A stretch of 64,000 nucleotides of DNA from an uncultured Candidatus Saccharibacteria bacterium (GCA_964610055.1 CAZSUC010000001.1:351994-415993); one strand, 5' to 3'. Counted from the first letter of the stretch, positions 24,067 to 33,778 are shown. The notes: generated by a model from the sequence alone, not told the origin. A program made the numbers and translations.

Positions 24067-26313
24067 TTATTCTGCCACCGCTTGAATCGGTACCTGCAAT
24101 ACTTGCGTGCCTGACAAAACATAAAGTGAATTTTCATCTGGCGCCAACGCCACATCTCGCACGTTATTCAGACTGTCCAAGAAAATCTGCTGTTTCAGCT
24201 GCCCCTTTTTGGAAAAGATAACTACTCGTTTATTTATGCGGTCAAAAATATACAAATAGTTTGAATCTTCTTGCGTCATGATTTTATCTGCTCCTGCCAA
24301 GCCTGGTGACACTTCGTCTAAAGTAAAATCTAGTGCTTGCCCTTTAAATAGTTCATGTACCGATCCGTCTTCATGCAAAGTGTAGATGCTGCCATCGATC
24401 GTCATGCTTACAATTCCACTGCTTACAAAATTTTGATCCTCAATCCAAGCTACTCCACCGCTGTATCCGCTCAATGTCTTGCTGTAACTAAAAATGTTAT
24501 TTGCCGTTGCATCATAGACGTATAAGCGATTACTATACGCCGCCATTGCTTGAATATTTGGCTCCGAAGACGGGAAGTTAATGCTCTGGGAGCTAAAATT
24601 CCCATCCTTTGTATCCAATGAAGCCATGCCTGGCGCATCAGTTAAATACACGATCGTTTTATCTGCCGATTGAGTAATTGTCTTTTGAATATATCCAATT
24701 CCAGGAGTATTCCGACTTACCACATCCGGTTCACCATTCGTGCTCAAGCGGACAATCGTATTATCTTTAGGACTAAAAGTATAAGCTGCGCCATTAATAA
24801 ACTCTAAGCTAGTTAAAGTCTCGGTCCCTAATATTGACCCAAAATCTCCTATCGTTTTTGTTTCTAAAGACCCGGCATGAGTAATTTTCTGTAATCGATC
24901 CTGAATATCTGTAATCTGCTGTGCTAAGGTCTCAACTTCATTCTCATATGCTCCTAAATTCCTTACTTCTGCCAGGCTTGACTCCGCGTCTACCAGTAAT
25001 TTTGTTGCTTGTTCGCGATTATCATATATCAAGGCCGTTTCTGCTGCGTCGTGTTGGGTTTGAGCTTGGTATAGCAATTCGCTCGCTCGCTGAATTGAAG
25101 CATCTTCAGTTTTTTTATCTTTTAATAAAACAATGCTTGTCCCTAAAGCGATTGCTAATAAAATGGCAACAACACCAAAAATTTTGCTTGTCCGTGGCAG
25201 GGAATATAATCGCGCCAGCCCTAAAAGAATTAGCCGTATTGGCATTGTTATAACCGCTTTCAAACTCTCTAATAAACTCCGCTTTGGTAAGGTCGTTTCC
25301 TGTCTCACTTTTTTCTCTTTATGTCGTATCCTGAGCCATGCCGACTGGAGTTTAGTACCAGAATTACGTGATGCGCTCCCCATGGCGTTGCCGCCACGTC
25401 GTAATAACCGACCCATTAAAGGCGCTGCTTTCGTTAGTATCCAATGCCCACTCACCACGATGCCTCGTACTATTAAAATTAAAACTGTCTTACCAATAGA
25501 TTTTTTAATCTGTAACGGACGTCTTGGCTGCAGTGACGTTTGTACTCCACGCTGGCGTTGTTTATCAGTTACATTTACATTTTGATCCTGACTTACAGTT
25601 ACCGGCACCGAAGCTTTGTGTCGCGGTAAAATTGAAACTACAACTGTGCTTAAAGGAACATTAGCTCCTTGATCTTGGTACAGTTGACGCATCTTATTGC
25701 TAATTTCAGCCGATGACCGTTCTTCCGCAAAACGTAATAAGTCTTGCGGCCGGTAAATATTCATCATTGCCGGCGTGCCTAAATACAACACGTCATAATT
25801 ACTAATTTTCCCGCTCGCAACCTGACCAAAACTACGCAACGGATGCGTAATCACTTCCTCTGCTAAACTATCAGTCGCTTCTACAACCTGTCCGCTCCTT
25901 ACAATATAAATACCAGCTAAACCAGCGGCACTCACATGCACCCATTGTCCTGCCACCGCTGCCACCGCTACATGAAAATGCTGCATCCATTCTCGCCAGC
26001 CTCGCTCAGCCGTATCATGTAACACTAAATTAGCTTGATGTAGTGCCGATTCAAAACCAGACAACATGTTTCTTTTTGGGTCACGATAATACTCTCTTTG
26101 TAACGCTTGCACTACTGTTTCTAATAATTCCGTGCCCGCTCCATCCATATTTTTCGTCTCGCCTACAATATATAAGTGCCCTAAGTCTCGTTCTTCCGGA
26201 GCTGGCTCAAAAATGTACGACTCGCAAATAAATTCATCGCGCCCGCCAACTAATAATTCATTCGCGTCGTTAATATACAATTCATTCGGCTCGCTGCCTG
26301 TTCTCATGCCCAC
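24067..26313 (-). CDS. PP2C-like phosphatase domain / TM / coiled-coil / C-terminal beta-propeller protein (hypothetical signalling protein)
   Basis: The N-terminus has PPM-like motifs (…VGETKNMDGAGTEL… resembling DGMGGH, and …STVVVSIL resembling DN.TVVVV). A transmembrane segment near residue 370 is followed by a coiled coil and repeated beta-propeller-like blades. Confidence 0.5.
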   Translation of the reverse strand: MGMRTGSEPNELYINDANELLVGGRDEFICESYIFEPAPEERDLGHLYIVGETKNMDGAGTELLETVVQALQREYYRDPKRNMLSGFESALHQANLVLHDTAERGWREWMQHFHVAVAAVAGQWVHVSAAGLAGIYIVRSGQVVEATDSLAEEVITHPLRSFGQVASGKISNYDVLYLGTPAMMNIYRPQDLLRFAEERSSAEISNKMRQLYQDQGANVPLSTVVVSILPRHKASVPVTVSQDQNVNVTDKQRQRGVQTSLQPRRPLQIKKSIGKTVLILIVRGIVVSGHWILTKAAPLMGRLLRRGGNAMGSASRNSGTKLQSAWLRIRHKEKKVRQETTLPKRSLLESLKAVITMPIRLILLGLARLYSLPRTSKIFGVVAILLAIALGTSIVLLKDKKTEDASIQRASELLYQAQTQHDAAETALIYDNREQATKLLVDAESSLAEVRNLGAYENEVETLAQQITDIQDRLQKITHAGSLETKTIGDFGSILGTETLTSLEFINGAAYTFSPKDNTIVRLSTNGEPDVVSRNTPGIGYIQKTITQSADKTIVYLTDAPGMASLDTKDGNFSSQSINFPSSEPNIQAMAAYSNRLYVYDATANNIFSYSKTLSGYSGGVAWIEDQNFVSSGIVSMTIDGSIYTLHEDGSVHELFKGQALDFTLDEVSPGLAGADKIMTQEDSNYLYIFDRINKRVVIFSKKGQLKQQIFLDSLNNVRDVALAPDENSLYVLSGTQVLQVPIQAVAE

Positions 26314-26435
26314 CAGTATACCATGGCCTTCTCGCTGTTTTTACACCTTAATTTCTTCAGAAAATCAACTTGCTTCTCAGGGCTGGTTCTGCAATACTCG
26401 ACCTTGAACATATTTAGTGTTTATTTGCCTCATTC

Positions 26436-27071
26436 ATGGAAACCACCAACTTCCCGTTAGAAAAGATTTTCGGCTCTAGAACCCGCGTCAAGGTCATTAC
26501 TTTGTTTACTACTGGTGTTAAACGCCCTTATTATGTCCGTGAGATTGCCCGTAACGTCAATGAACGCCTCAATGCTGTTCGTCGTGAACTAGAAATTCTC
26601 AAAAAAATTGGCATGCTTACTACGCATGAAAATAAACGGCGCAAGTATTACGTTATCAATACAGAATTTCCCTTAGTTGAAGAACTGACCAGTATTATGC
26701 AAAAAGCTGGCCCTGGCATTCAAGATTCATTGTTCAAAAATCTTGAGCGCCTTGGTCATATTCAGTATATGTGTGTCTCTGGATTCTTTACTGGCGCGGA
26801 AGAGTCTCCCACTGATATTTTGATTATTGGCAACGCTAACGAAGAGCGCCTGGCTAATTTTGTTGGTCGGATTGAGACTCAGTTAAATCGAGAAGTCACA
26901 TATACGCCTATGACCGAAAACGAATATAAATATCGTTTGAATTTTAATGACCTTTTCCTACGTTCCATTTTCTCTTGCCCTTACAAAGAACTTATTAATA
27001 AACTTGACGAACGGCTCGATCCGGCCAAAATATCAATCAAGGAGAAAGCCGAAGTTTACCGGGGTGCATAG
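26436..27071 (+). CDS. winged-HTH plus minimal nucleotidyltransferase (Pol-beta-like MNT) domain protein
   Basis: N-terminal HTH region (…YYVREIARNVNERLNAVRRELEIL…). Central hG[GS]…DhD NTase motif (CVSGFFTGAEESPTDILIIGN). Its stop lies inside tRNA-Val. Confidence 0.45.
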   Translation: METTNFPLEKIFGSRTRVKVITLFTTGVKRPYYVREIARNVNERLNAVRRELEILKKIGMLTTHENKRRKYYVINTEFPLVEELTSIMQKAGPGIQDSLFKNLERLGHIQYMCVSGFFTGAEESPTDILIIGNANEERLANFVGRIETQLNREVTYTPMTENEYKYRLNFNDLFLRSIFSCPYKELINKLDERLDPAKISIKEKAEVYRGA

Positions 27072-27136
27072 CTCAGTGGTAGAGCGCTTCGTTCACATCG
27101 AAGAGGCCGTAGGTTCGATACCTACTGTACCCACCA
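27062..27136 (+). tRNA. tRNA-Val (anticodon CAC), CCA encoded
   Basis: Acceptor GGGTGCA/TGTACCC, D-arm TAGCTCAGTGGTAGAGC, anticodon stem CTTCG/CGAAG with loop TTCACAT, T-arm GTAGG-TTCGATA-CCTAC, 3' A-CCA. Confidence 0.9.
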
Positions 27137-27164
27137 TTTCAACGGTACGTGTTATGCTTCATAT

Positions 27165-27761
27165 ATGAAAAGCTCTTCCGTTTTTACTTGGTCGCGCATT
27201 GGATTTATTGGTTATTTTCTTTTTACTGCCTGGACTTTGTATTTTCATCCGTATACTTCTTCTGCATTAGCCGGGGAGTGGGTTCTGTATTTACTCTTGA
27301 TTTACATTTTATCCGAACGTATCTATTTTCTTTTTTTGCCCCGCCGAATTGATCTTTCTTTTGCCTTTCCAATCCTGCTGGCTATTTATACGCTTAATCT
27401 CTCGACGCTTTTATTAGGCGGCCAAGTAGAACACTACCTTTTAAATCGTGCTGAACACTTCGCTAGTTTCGTCCTGCTTACGTATGTTATTTGGGTGAGC
27501 TTTACTCAATATTTCGCCAAAGAACTTTGGAAGCATCATCCTTATTACACGGCCGTCACCGTACTTGCTTTTGCTTCTTTACTTGGTGTCATCAATGAGC
27601 TTATCGAGCTATTACTTGATAGTTTGCTTGGTACACACTTAATTGGGCCTAACCTTGATACCTCACTCGATCTCTTTATGAACACACTTGGCTCTATCCT
27701 ACTCATCGGCACCAATCTCATCCTCAAAGCCGGGGATGATCATACTCAGTCCAGTACTTAA
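27165..27761 (+). CDS. polytopic membrane protein (hypothetical) immediately upstream of sortase 2
   Basis: 198-aa hydrophobic ORF of about 6 transmembrane segments. Confidence 0.45.
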   Translation: MKSSSVFTWSRIGFIGYFLFTAWTLYFHPYTSSALAGEWVLYLLLIYILSERIYFLFLPRRIDLSFAFPILLAIYTLNLSTLLLGGQVEHYLLNRAEHFASFVLLTYVIWVSFTQYFAKELWKHHPYYTAVTVLAFASLLGVINELIELLLDSLLGTHLIGPNLDTSLDLFMNTLGSILLIGTNLILKAGDDHTQSST

Positions 27762-27765
27762 CCTC

Positions 27766-28362
27766 ATGCGGCGGTTTTTCATTCCGCTCATTATCGCAGT
27801 CTTCTTAGGTGGAATTTTTATCGGTTTTAAATATCAATCAGACATTGCCGTTCTCTTGCCTATTTCTCATCCCAAACCACCTTCACCCCATTCAGATTTA
27901 ACAACTGTTCCAGCGCCTTTTTCCTTAGACAATACGCCCCATCTTTATTTACCGCGCTCATCTCAATCACTACCGCTCATCTTTAGTAACACTTTTGACG
28001 ACCAGTATATTCAAACTCAGTTACAACACGGGGCTGTCGTTTTACCTTTTGGTCCTAATTTTGGTGAGCAAGGCAACATAGTCATTACCGCACATAGCAC
28101 TGGCCCAGCCGCCTTCGGGCCGTACCGCTTTGCTTTTTCTGAGTTAGCTAACTTACAAACTGGCGATCATGTTCTTATTAAAACCATCGCCGCTGATTAC
28201 ACGTATCAGGTTTTTAGCCAACAAATCATTTGGCCGCATGAGCTCGACCAGCTTCCTCGTGATGATCGTCCTACACTTACTTTAGTTACTTGTTGGCCTC
28301 TTTGGACTGATTTTAAACGTTTGCTCGTTAACGCTATTTTGACCAAAATCGAATACCACTAG
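27766..28362 (+). CDS. sortase family transpeptidase (second paralog)
   Basis: Catalytic His (ITAHSTG) and TLxTC Cys (TLVTCWPLW), with an N-terminal transmembrane anchor. The ORF track shows the frame open from 27688, but Met 27766 avoids overlap with the upstream gene. Confidence 0.8.
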   Translation: MRRFFIPLIIAVFLGGIFIGFKYQSDIAVLLPISHPKPPSPHSDLTTVPAPFSLDNTPHLYLPRSSQSLPLIFSNTFDDQYIQTQLQHGAVVLPFGPNFGEQGNIVITAHSTGPAAFGPYRFAFSELANLQTGDHVLIKTIAADYTYQVFSQQIIWPHELDQLPRDDRPTLTLVTCWPLWTDFKRLLVNAILTKIEYH

Positions 28363-28443
28363 CATCTTCTCGTTCCTTAATGTGCATAAATCGTCCTCAT
28401 AACCTATTGCTTGGTGGGGGAGTAAGTAGTACTGTGTAGATAC

Positions 28444-28480
28444 GTGGAAAAAAGTGGGGAGAAGTGGGGGTCTCCTGTGG
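28444..28480 (+). promoter_or_regulatory. MraZ-type operator: four GTGG(G/A) direct repeats at 10/10/13-bp spacing upstream of mraZ
   Basis: GTGGAaaaaaGTGGGgagaaGTGGGggtctcctGTGGA, about 170 bp upstream of the mraZ ATG. MraZ proteins bind spaced (G)TGGG repeats in their own promoter. Confidence 0.5.
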
Positions 28481-28652
28481 AAAATACACTCTAACCACAT
28501 GAATCGCCCTTTATACTAATGCTGCTTCACATGAGGCTCTGTCAGACCAGATAAGTTAACTTGCCTGGCCTGACAGGGGGAAAAGGGGACAGCTCTTTTC
28601 AAAGTAAAGGTATAAAGCGGTTCGCGAATTTTAGCAGTAGGATTGCGAACTT

Positions 28653-29084
28653 ATGTTTCTTGGGGAGCATACTCATTCAATCGACGCCAAGGGACGGTTA
28701 CAAATTCCGTCTAAATATAGAGATCAGCTCGAGAATGGCGTTGTTGTGACTCGCGGACTTGATCACTGTCTCGTGATTTATCCTCGGACAGAATGGGAAA
28801 CAATTGCTCCTAAACTCGCCGCCTTGCCTATTAATCGCAAACAAAATCGTGCCTTTGCGCGTTTAATGTTAGCTGGGGCTTGGGACGTAAGTTTAGATTC
28901 GCAAGGACGCATCATGATTCCAGAATATTTGCGCACTTATGCCGGTCTGTCTAAGCATACAGTTGTTGCCGGACTATATAACCGCATTGAGGTTTGGAAT
29001 GAAGACACTTGGCATGAGTACCGCACTGATACCGAAGCTGAAAGCGATAGTATTGCCGAAAGCATGGCTGAATTAGGCGCTTAA
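28653..29084 (+). CDS. mraZ: transcriptional regulator MraZ
   Basis: MFLGEHTHSIDAKGRLQIPSKYR… is the MraZ duplicated SpoVT/AbrB-like signature, and the gene heads the dcw cluster. Confidence 0.9.
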   Translation: MFLGEHTHSIDAKGRLQIPSKYRDQLENGVVVTRGLDHCLVIYPRTEWETIAPKLAALPINRKQNRAFARLMLAGAWDVSLDSQGRIMIPEYLRTYAGLSKHTVVAGLYNRIEVWNEDTWHEYRTDTEAESDSIAESMAELGA

Positions 29085-29088
29085 AGAT

Positions 29089-30099
29089 ATGATTGACGCC
29101 CACATTCCTGTTTTGCTCTCGGAAGTTATAGAGATTTTTGCCCCACAACCCGGTCAGAAACTCTTAGATGCAACCGTCGGTCATGGTGGTCACGCTAGCG
29201 CTTACTTAGAACGCACCACTCCTGACGGCCTAGTTGTTGGGCTTGATGCCGATCAGCAGGCTTTAGACTTCGCGGCACGTCGTTTAGAAAGATTTGGTGC
29301 TCGTTTTATCGGTTTACATACCAACTTTGCTCATCTAAAGGATTCAGTCTCTGGGGGAGGAATCCTTGGGGAAGAACCTTCATTGTTCCATCACATCTTA
29401 TTTGATCTTGGTGTCGGCAGTCATCAGCTTGCCGACCAAAACCGCGGTTTCTCTTTTCGTTCTGAAGGGGAACTTAGCATGTTATACGGTGACAATAGTC
29501 AGTTACCACTCGCTCAGGTTGATTGCCTGAACCGGCTTGCTCAGCAATTAGGTCGTCTGCCGGATGTCATTGATTTGATTCAGCATCTCAATGAAACTGA
29601 TCTTGCCACTGTTATCTATGTCTATGGAGAAGAACGATATAGTCGTCGGATCGCTGCTGCCCTCAAAAACCAAGCGCCTAATCTGGTCACAGCAGCAGTC
29701 ATGGCTGAAATTATTTCCAATGCTGTTCCAGCTGCTTATCGCCATCACAAGATTCATCCCGCGACTCGTACTTTTCAAGCCTTCCGGATTGCCGTTAATC
29801 GGGAATTGGAAGTCTTATCCGCTGCTCTGCCTCAGGCTTTGGATTTGCTTGCGCCAGACGGCATTATCGCGGTCATTAGCTTTCACAGCTTAGAAGATCG
29901 AATCGTTAAACACTTTTTCCAGCGAGAAACACGTCAATGCATTTGCCCGCCGGAAAAACCAGAATGCGTTTGTGGCCATCAACCCCAAATTAGCATTCTC
30001 ACGAAAAAACCGGTGTTGCCTTCCGCTAAGGAAATCAACTCCAATCCGCGGGCACGTTCGGCCAAGCTTAGAGCCGCTCGTAAACTCGCTCCGCCTTAG
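29089..30099 (+). CDS. rsmH: 16S rRNA (cytosine1402-N4)-methyltransferase RsmH (MraW)
   Basis: HIPVLL.EV…D.T.G.GGH N-terminal motif and the conserved dcw-cluster position. Confidence 0.9.
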   Translation: MIDAHIPVLLSEVIEIFAPQPGQKLLDATVGHGGHASAYLERTTPDGLVVGLDADQQALDFAARRLERFGARFIGLHTNFAHLKDSVSGGGILGEEPSLFHHILFDLGVGSHQLADQNRGFSFRSEGELSMLYGDNSQLPLAQVDCLNRLAQQLGRLPDVIDLIQHLNETDLATVIYVYGEERYSRRIAAALKNQAPNLVTAAVMAEIISNAVPAAYRHHKIHPATRTFQAFRIAVNRELEVLSAALPQALDLLAPDGIIAVISFHSLEDRIVKHFFQRETRQCICPPEKPECVCGHQPQISILTKKPVLPSAKEINSNPRARSAKLRAARKLAPP

Positions 30100-30161
30100 G
30101 CTTAGACGGATTAACACAAAAGCCCAACTAACATCAACCTTAAACACCAAAATAAACACAT

Positions 30162-30560
30162 ATGGTCAACCGCTTCGAACAACACGTTGTTCCTCGACAC
30201 AGCCGCTCTTCCTGGGCTATGTCGCGGCACAATACCGCCAGCGTTTTCAATCAGCGAGGTATTGCTACTCAATCAACTATCACTACCGCTCTTGTTATCC
30301 TGTCTTTGACGTCCGTCTCGTTACTCGGCTTCTTTTACTTACACCAGGTCTTTAACACCGCCGCTCAGGGATCTGGAATTGAAGCTCTTGAAGAACAACA
30401 ATTGGAGTTGAACGAAAAAATTCGCGAGCTAGAATTAGAAGGCGCGGAATTACGCTCTATCCAAGTTGTTGAAGACCGCGTTCAAGACTTGAACCTGATC
30501 AAGGCCGATGAAGTTTCTTACCTTGCTCCAGTAAATCACCAAGTCGCTCTTAACCAATAA
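30162..30560 (+). CDS. FtsL-like bitopic cell-division protein (by position)
   Basis: 132 aa: a single transmembrane segment followed by a leucine-rich coiled coil, between rsmH and ftsI. Confidence 0.45.
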   Translation: MVNRFEQHVVPRHSRSSWAMSRHNTASVFNQRGIATQSTITTALVILSLTSVSLLGFFYLHQVFNTAAQGSGIEALEEQQLELNEKIRELELEGAELRSIQVVEDRVQDLNLIKADEVSYLAPVNHQVALNQ

Positions 30561-30570
30561 ATAAAAATCA

Positions 30571-32457
30571 TTGCCTGTTTCCGCTGGTTTTAATCCGGAT
30601 CGCCGTATTCGGCTCTTGCGCCTGGGCAGTCTTGTGCTCCTGGTTATTTTAGTTGCGCGTCTGGGCGATTTACAATTATTACGTAATCAATATTTTTTAG
30701 ATGTTGCTGAGAGTCAGCGTTTACGTGCTTCTGAATTGTCCCCTCATCGCGGAGCTATTTATATGACTGAGTCTAATCAATCTGAGACAGATGATGTCTT
30801 TCCTGTTGCCAGTAATGAACGCGCTTGGGTAGCTTATGCTGTCCCCCGAGAAATGGACGAACCTTTTCGGGTGGCGGAGCAACTCGCCCCTCAGCTTTTT
30901 GCTTTCCAACAGCGCCAACAACAAACCACTCAAGATATTATTACTGAAACCGGTCAGCTTATTCAATCCAGTACTGAAGATACTTCACCCACACCGTCTT
31001 CCTCACCAAGCACAACTCTTTCCGAGACTGACCAATTAGCTGTTGTGCAGCAAGAACTAAGCGATAAATTCAATCAGCCAACTGATCCTTATGAGCCGCT
31101 GCTTAAACCTTACGAAACTTTAGACGATGAGTTTTATGCGTATCTAAAAGATGCTAATTTACCCGGGATCCATATTGAAGAGGAAGAAATTAGAGTTTAT
31201 CCCGAGCAAACCTTAGCCGCTCATGTTTTAGGTTATGTTGGTTATGAAGATAGCGGGCGCACTGGTAGCTACGGTATTGAAGGCTATTGGGAAAAACAAC
31301 TTGCTGGTGATCTTGGCTTTTTGTCTGCGGAAAGAGACAACTCTGGTCAGTTCATTGGTGTTTCTGACCGAGAATTTACTCCTGCACGCAACGGCGATGA
31401 TATTGTCTTAACAGTTGATCGAGTCGTTCAATCCATTATTGAAGAAGAGCTTAAAGCTGGAGTTGAAAAATATGGTGCTGAGCGGGGGAGTGTCATCGCC
31501 ATGAATCCGCAAACTGGCGCAGTTTTAGGCATGGCAACTTACCCCACTTATGATCCGAATTATTACTACTCTATCAACGATGCTCGCGTTCAATCCAATC
31601 CTGTGGTCTCTGATATTTTTGAACCCGGATCCATTTTGAAACCAGTAGTAATGGGCGCAGCCATTGAAGAAGGATTGGTTACTCCCGATACCACGATGGT
31701 TGATAACGGTCCAGTTAAAGTGGCTGATCGTGTCATTAATACTTTTGACGGTCAGCATCTTGGGCGCATTACCATGACACAAATTCTTGAGAATTCAAAT
31801 AACGTTGGCATGGTTTGGGTTGGACAGCAATTAGGCGCTGAAAAAATGTATGACTTTTTCCGCCGTTTTGGTATCGGAGAAAAAACCGGTATTACTTTAG
31901 AAGGTGAAACAAATACCACCTTATCTTCTCCTGATGAATGGAATGTTACGACTGTGGCCACTTCAAGTTTTGGCCAGGGTATTGCTTTAACACCCTTACA
32001 AGCCCTGAATGCAATCAATGTTTTTGCTAATGGCGGTACGCTTATGCAGCCATACATTGTCAAAGAATTACGTCACCAAGACGGTACTATTGAAACTACC
32101 ACCCCCACCGCAGTCCGACGGGTAGTCTCGTCGGATACTGCCGAAAAAATCTCAGCTATGATGGTTAGTGTTATTGAAAACGGTGTCGCTAAATTAGCCC
32201 GCGTTCCTGGTTACTATTTAGCTGGTAAAACTGGTACTGCCCAGGTACCAGATGAAAGGGGACAGTATGCAGAAGACCAAAAAATTATTTCTTTCGTTGG
32301 TTACGGCCCTGTCGATCAACCCCGCATTTCCTTGCTAATTAAACTGGATAATCCGGCTGGCTTATCTTTTGCTTCCGGTACTGCTGCACCTATGTATCGC
32401 AATATCATGCAGCGCTTACTACAGTATTATCAAATTCCACCGTCATACGCGGAATAA
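30571..32457 (+). CDS. ftsI: peptidoglycan D,D-transpeptidase (class B PBP, FtsI/PBP2-like)
   Basis: N-terminal transmembrane segment and dimerisation domain. Transpeptidase motifs are SxxK (GSILKP), SxN (SNNVG) and KTGT. Confidence 0.85.
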   Translation: MPVSAGFNPDRRIRLLRLGSLVLLVILVARLGDLQLLRNQYFLDVAESQRLRASELSPHRGAIYMTESNQSETDDVFPVASNERAWVAYAVPREMDEPFRVAEQLAPQLFAFQQRQQQTTQDIITETGQLIQSSTEDTSPTPSSSPSTTLSETDQLAVVQQELSDKFNQPTDPYEPLLKPYETLDDEFYAYLKDANLPGIHIEEEEIRVYPEQTLAAHVLGYVGYEDSGRTGSYGIEGYWEKQLAGDLGFLSAERDNSGQFIGVSDREFTPARNGDDIVLTVDRVVQSIIEEELKAGVEKYGAERGSVIAMNPQTGAVLGMATYPTYDPNYYYSINDARVQSNPVVSDIFEPGSILKPVVMGAAIEEGLVTPDTTMVDNGPVKVADRVINTFDGQHLGRITMTQILENSNNVGMVWVGQQLGAEKMYDFFRRFGIGEKTGITLEGETNTTLSSPDEWNVTTVATSSFGQGIALTPLQALNAINVFANGGTLMQPYIVKELRHQDGTIETTTPTAVRRVVSSDTAEKISAMMVSVIENGVAKLARVPGYYLAGKTGTAQVPDERGQYAEDQKIISFVGYGPVDQPRISLLIKLDNPAGLSFASGTAAPMYRNIMQRLLQYYQIPPSYAE

Positions 32458-32474
32458 AATGTTACAATAAAAAC

Positions 32475-33674
32475 ATGCCTACCTTCACTGAGCGCTTACT
32501 CTGGTTTCGCGCTCTTGATTATTTACGCACCTATCATCCGTTCCTAATCGCAGTTGCCGGTAGCGTTAACAATGCTGTCACTAAAGACTTAATTACTCGC
32601 GCCTTATCGCACGATTTTTCCGTTTTCACCCCACCACAGCCATATTCTAATCCGCGTAATGTCGCTCTTAGTATTGTTGGTCAAAACTCAGCTTCTCATT
32701 ACAACTTAATCAAATTGCTTTCTTTCAGTTTCATTCGAGAATTACGCGAGCATGAACCCACCGCTTTAGTTTTGGAATTGGGAGTTAATAAACCTGGCGA
32801 AATGGATTGGATGGCGCAAAAACTGCCGGTTAATTTAGCAGTCATAACTAATATCGGCACTGTTCATACTGATATTTTTGGCAGCCAAGCCTTGTTAGCC
32901 CATGAAATGTCGTCTTTAGTCGCAGCTTTGCCTGCTTCCGGTCTTGCTATTTTAAACGTTGACGATCCACTCGTTGCAGACATGGCTCAGCATACCCAGG
33001 CTCGTGTTGTTACTTTCGGCCAGTCAGACGCTGCTCATGTTCGTCTCATGCGGTTTAATCGTCTGGAGTCTTTTGGGTTTGCCGGTGAAATCAAAGTCGG
33101 ATCCAAAACTTACGAATTACACCTGCCGCATATCATTGCTCATCATCAGCTTACCTCTGTTCTGGCTGCTATTGCTGTTGCCGAAGCGCAGCACTTAAAT
33201 TTATCTGTCATAATTAAGCGCTTGCAAAATTACCGTCCGTCTGCCGGTCATCATAATCTCGTCGCTGGCCCTAACGGATCACGCCTGCTGGACGCTTCTT
33301 TTGACGCTTCTCCAGAAAGTATGTTAGCTGACCTCGATACTTTGCGCACCTTACCTGCTCGTCGTCGGATTGCTGTGTTAGCTGGTATTCCTGGAATTGA
33401 CTATAAATCAGTGGCTCTGCATCAACGTTTCGGTCAAGCAGTCGCTGAAACTGATGCCATGTTCATCGGCATTGGCGCGGAAATGAAAGACGCTCAAGCC
33501 GCTGCTTTGCGCCTTGGCGCCGACACCCATCATTTTGCAACTGCTCTTGATGCCGGTAAATGGATGTCTGGATTACTATGCTCCGGAGACTTAGTTCTAA
33601 TTACTGGTTCGCAATCTTATCGCCTTAATCAATTAATTTCTCGGCTTACTCGCCCAGTAGACAAAAACGCCTAA
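32475..33674 (+). CDS. Mur ligase family protein (MurF-like by position; atypical P-loop)
   Basis: Mur ligase central and C-terminal domain motifs are present (LELGVNKPGEMD…VITNIGTVHTDIFGS; NVDDP; LDASFDASPESM). The expected GTNGKT P-loop is instead AGSVNNAVTK. Confidence 0.55.
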   Translation: MPTFTERLLWFRALDYLRTYHPFLIAVAGSVNNAVTKDLITRALSHDFSVFTPPQPYSNPRNVALSIVGQNSASHYNLIKLLSFSFIRELREHEPTALVLELGVNKPGEMDWMAQKLPVNLAVITNIGTVHTDIFGSQALLAHEMSSLVAALPASGLAILNVDDPLVADMAQHTQARVVTFGQSDAAHVRLMRFNRLESFGFAGEIKVGSKTYELHLPHIIAHHQLTSVLAAIAVAEAQHLNLSVIIKRLQNYRPSAGHHNLVAGPNGSRLLDASFDASPESMLADLDTLRTLPARRRIAVLAGIPGIDYKSVALHQRFGQAVAETDAMFIGIGAEMKDAQAAALRLGADTHHFATALDAGKWMSGLLCSGDLVLITGSQSYRLNQLISRLTRPVDKNA

Positions 33675-33716
33675 AACAGGTACAAAATACACACCAGATC
33701 ACATATGGCCCTATCG

Positions 33717-33778
33717 TCTAACGGCTAGGACGTAGCGTTCTCAGCGCTAAAACCGGGGTTCGATTCCCCGTAGGGCTA
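33717..33778 (+). tRNA. tRNA-Glu (anticodon CTC), no encoded CCA
   Basis: Acceptor GGCCCTA/TAGGGCT, anticodon stem TAGCG/CGCTA with loop TTCTCAG, T-arm CGGGG-TTCGATT-CCCCG, discriminator A. Confidence 0.85.

Noticed and set aside
28379-28393. Exact 15-mer aatgtgcataaatcg repeated at 28379-28393 and 43171-43185, both just after stop codons
   Set aside because: In a 64-kb AT-biased window, a few exact 15-mer repeats are expected by chance (about 4e9 pair comparisons against about 1e9 possible 15-mers). The flanks do not extend the similarity.
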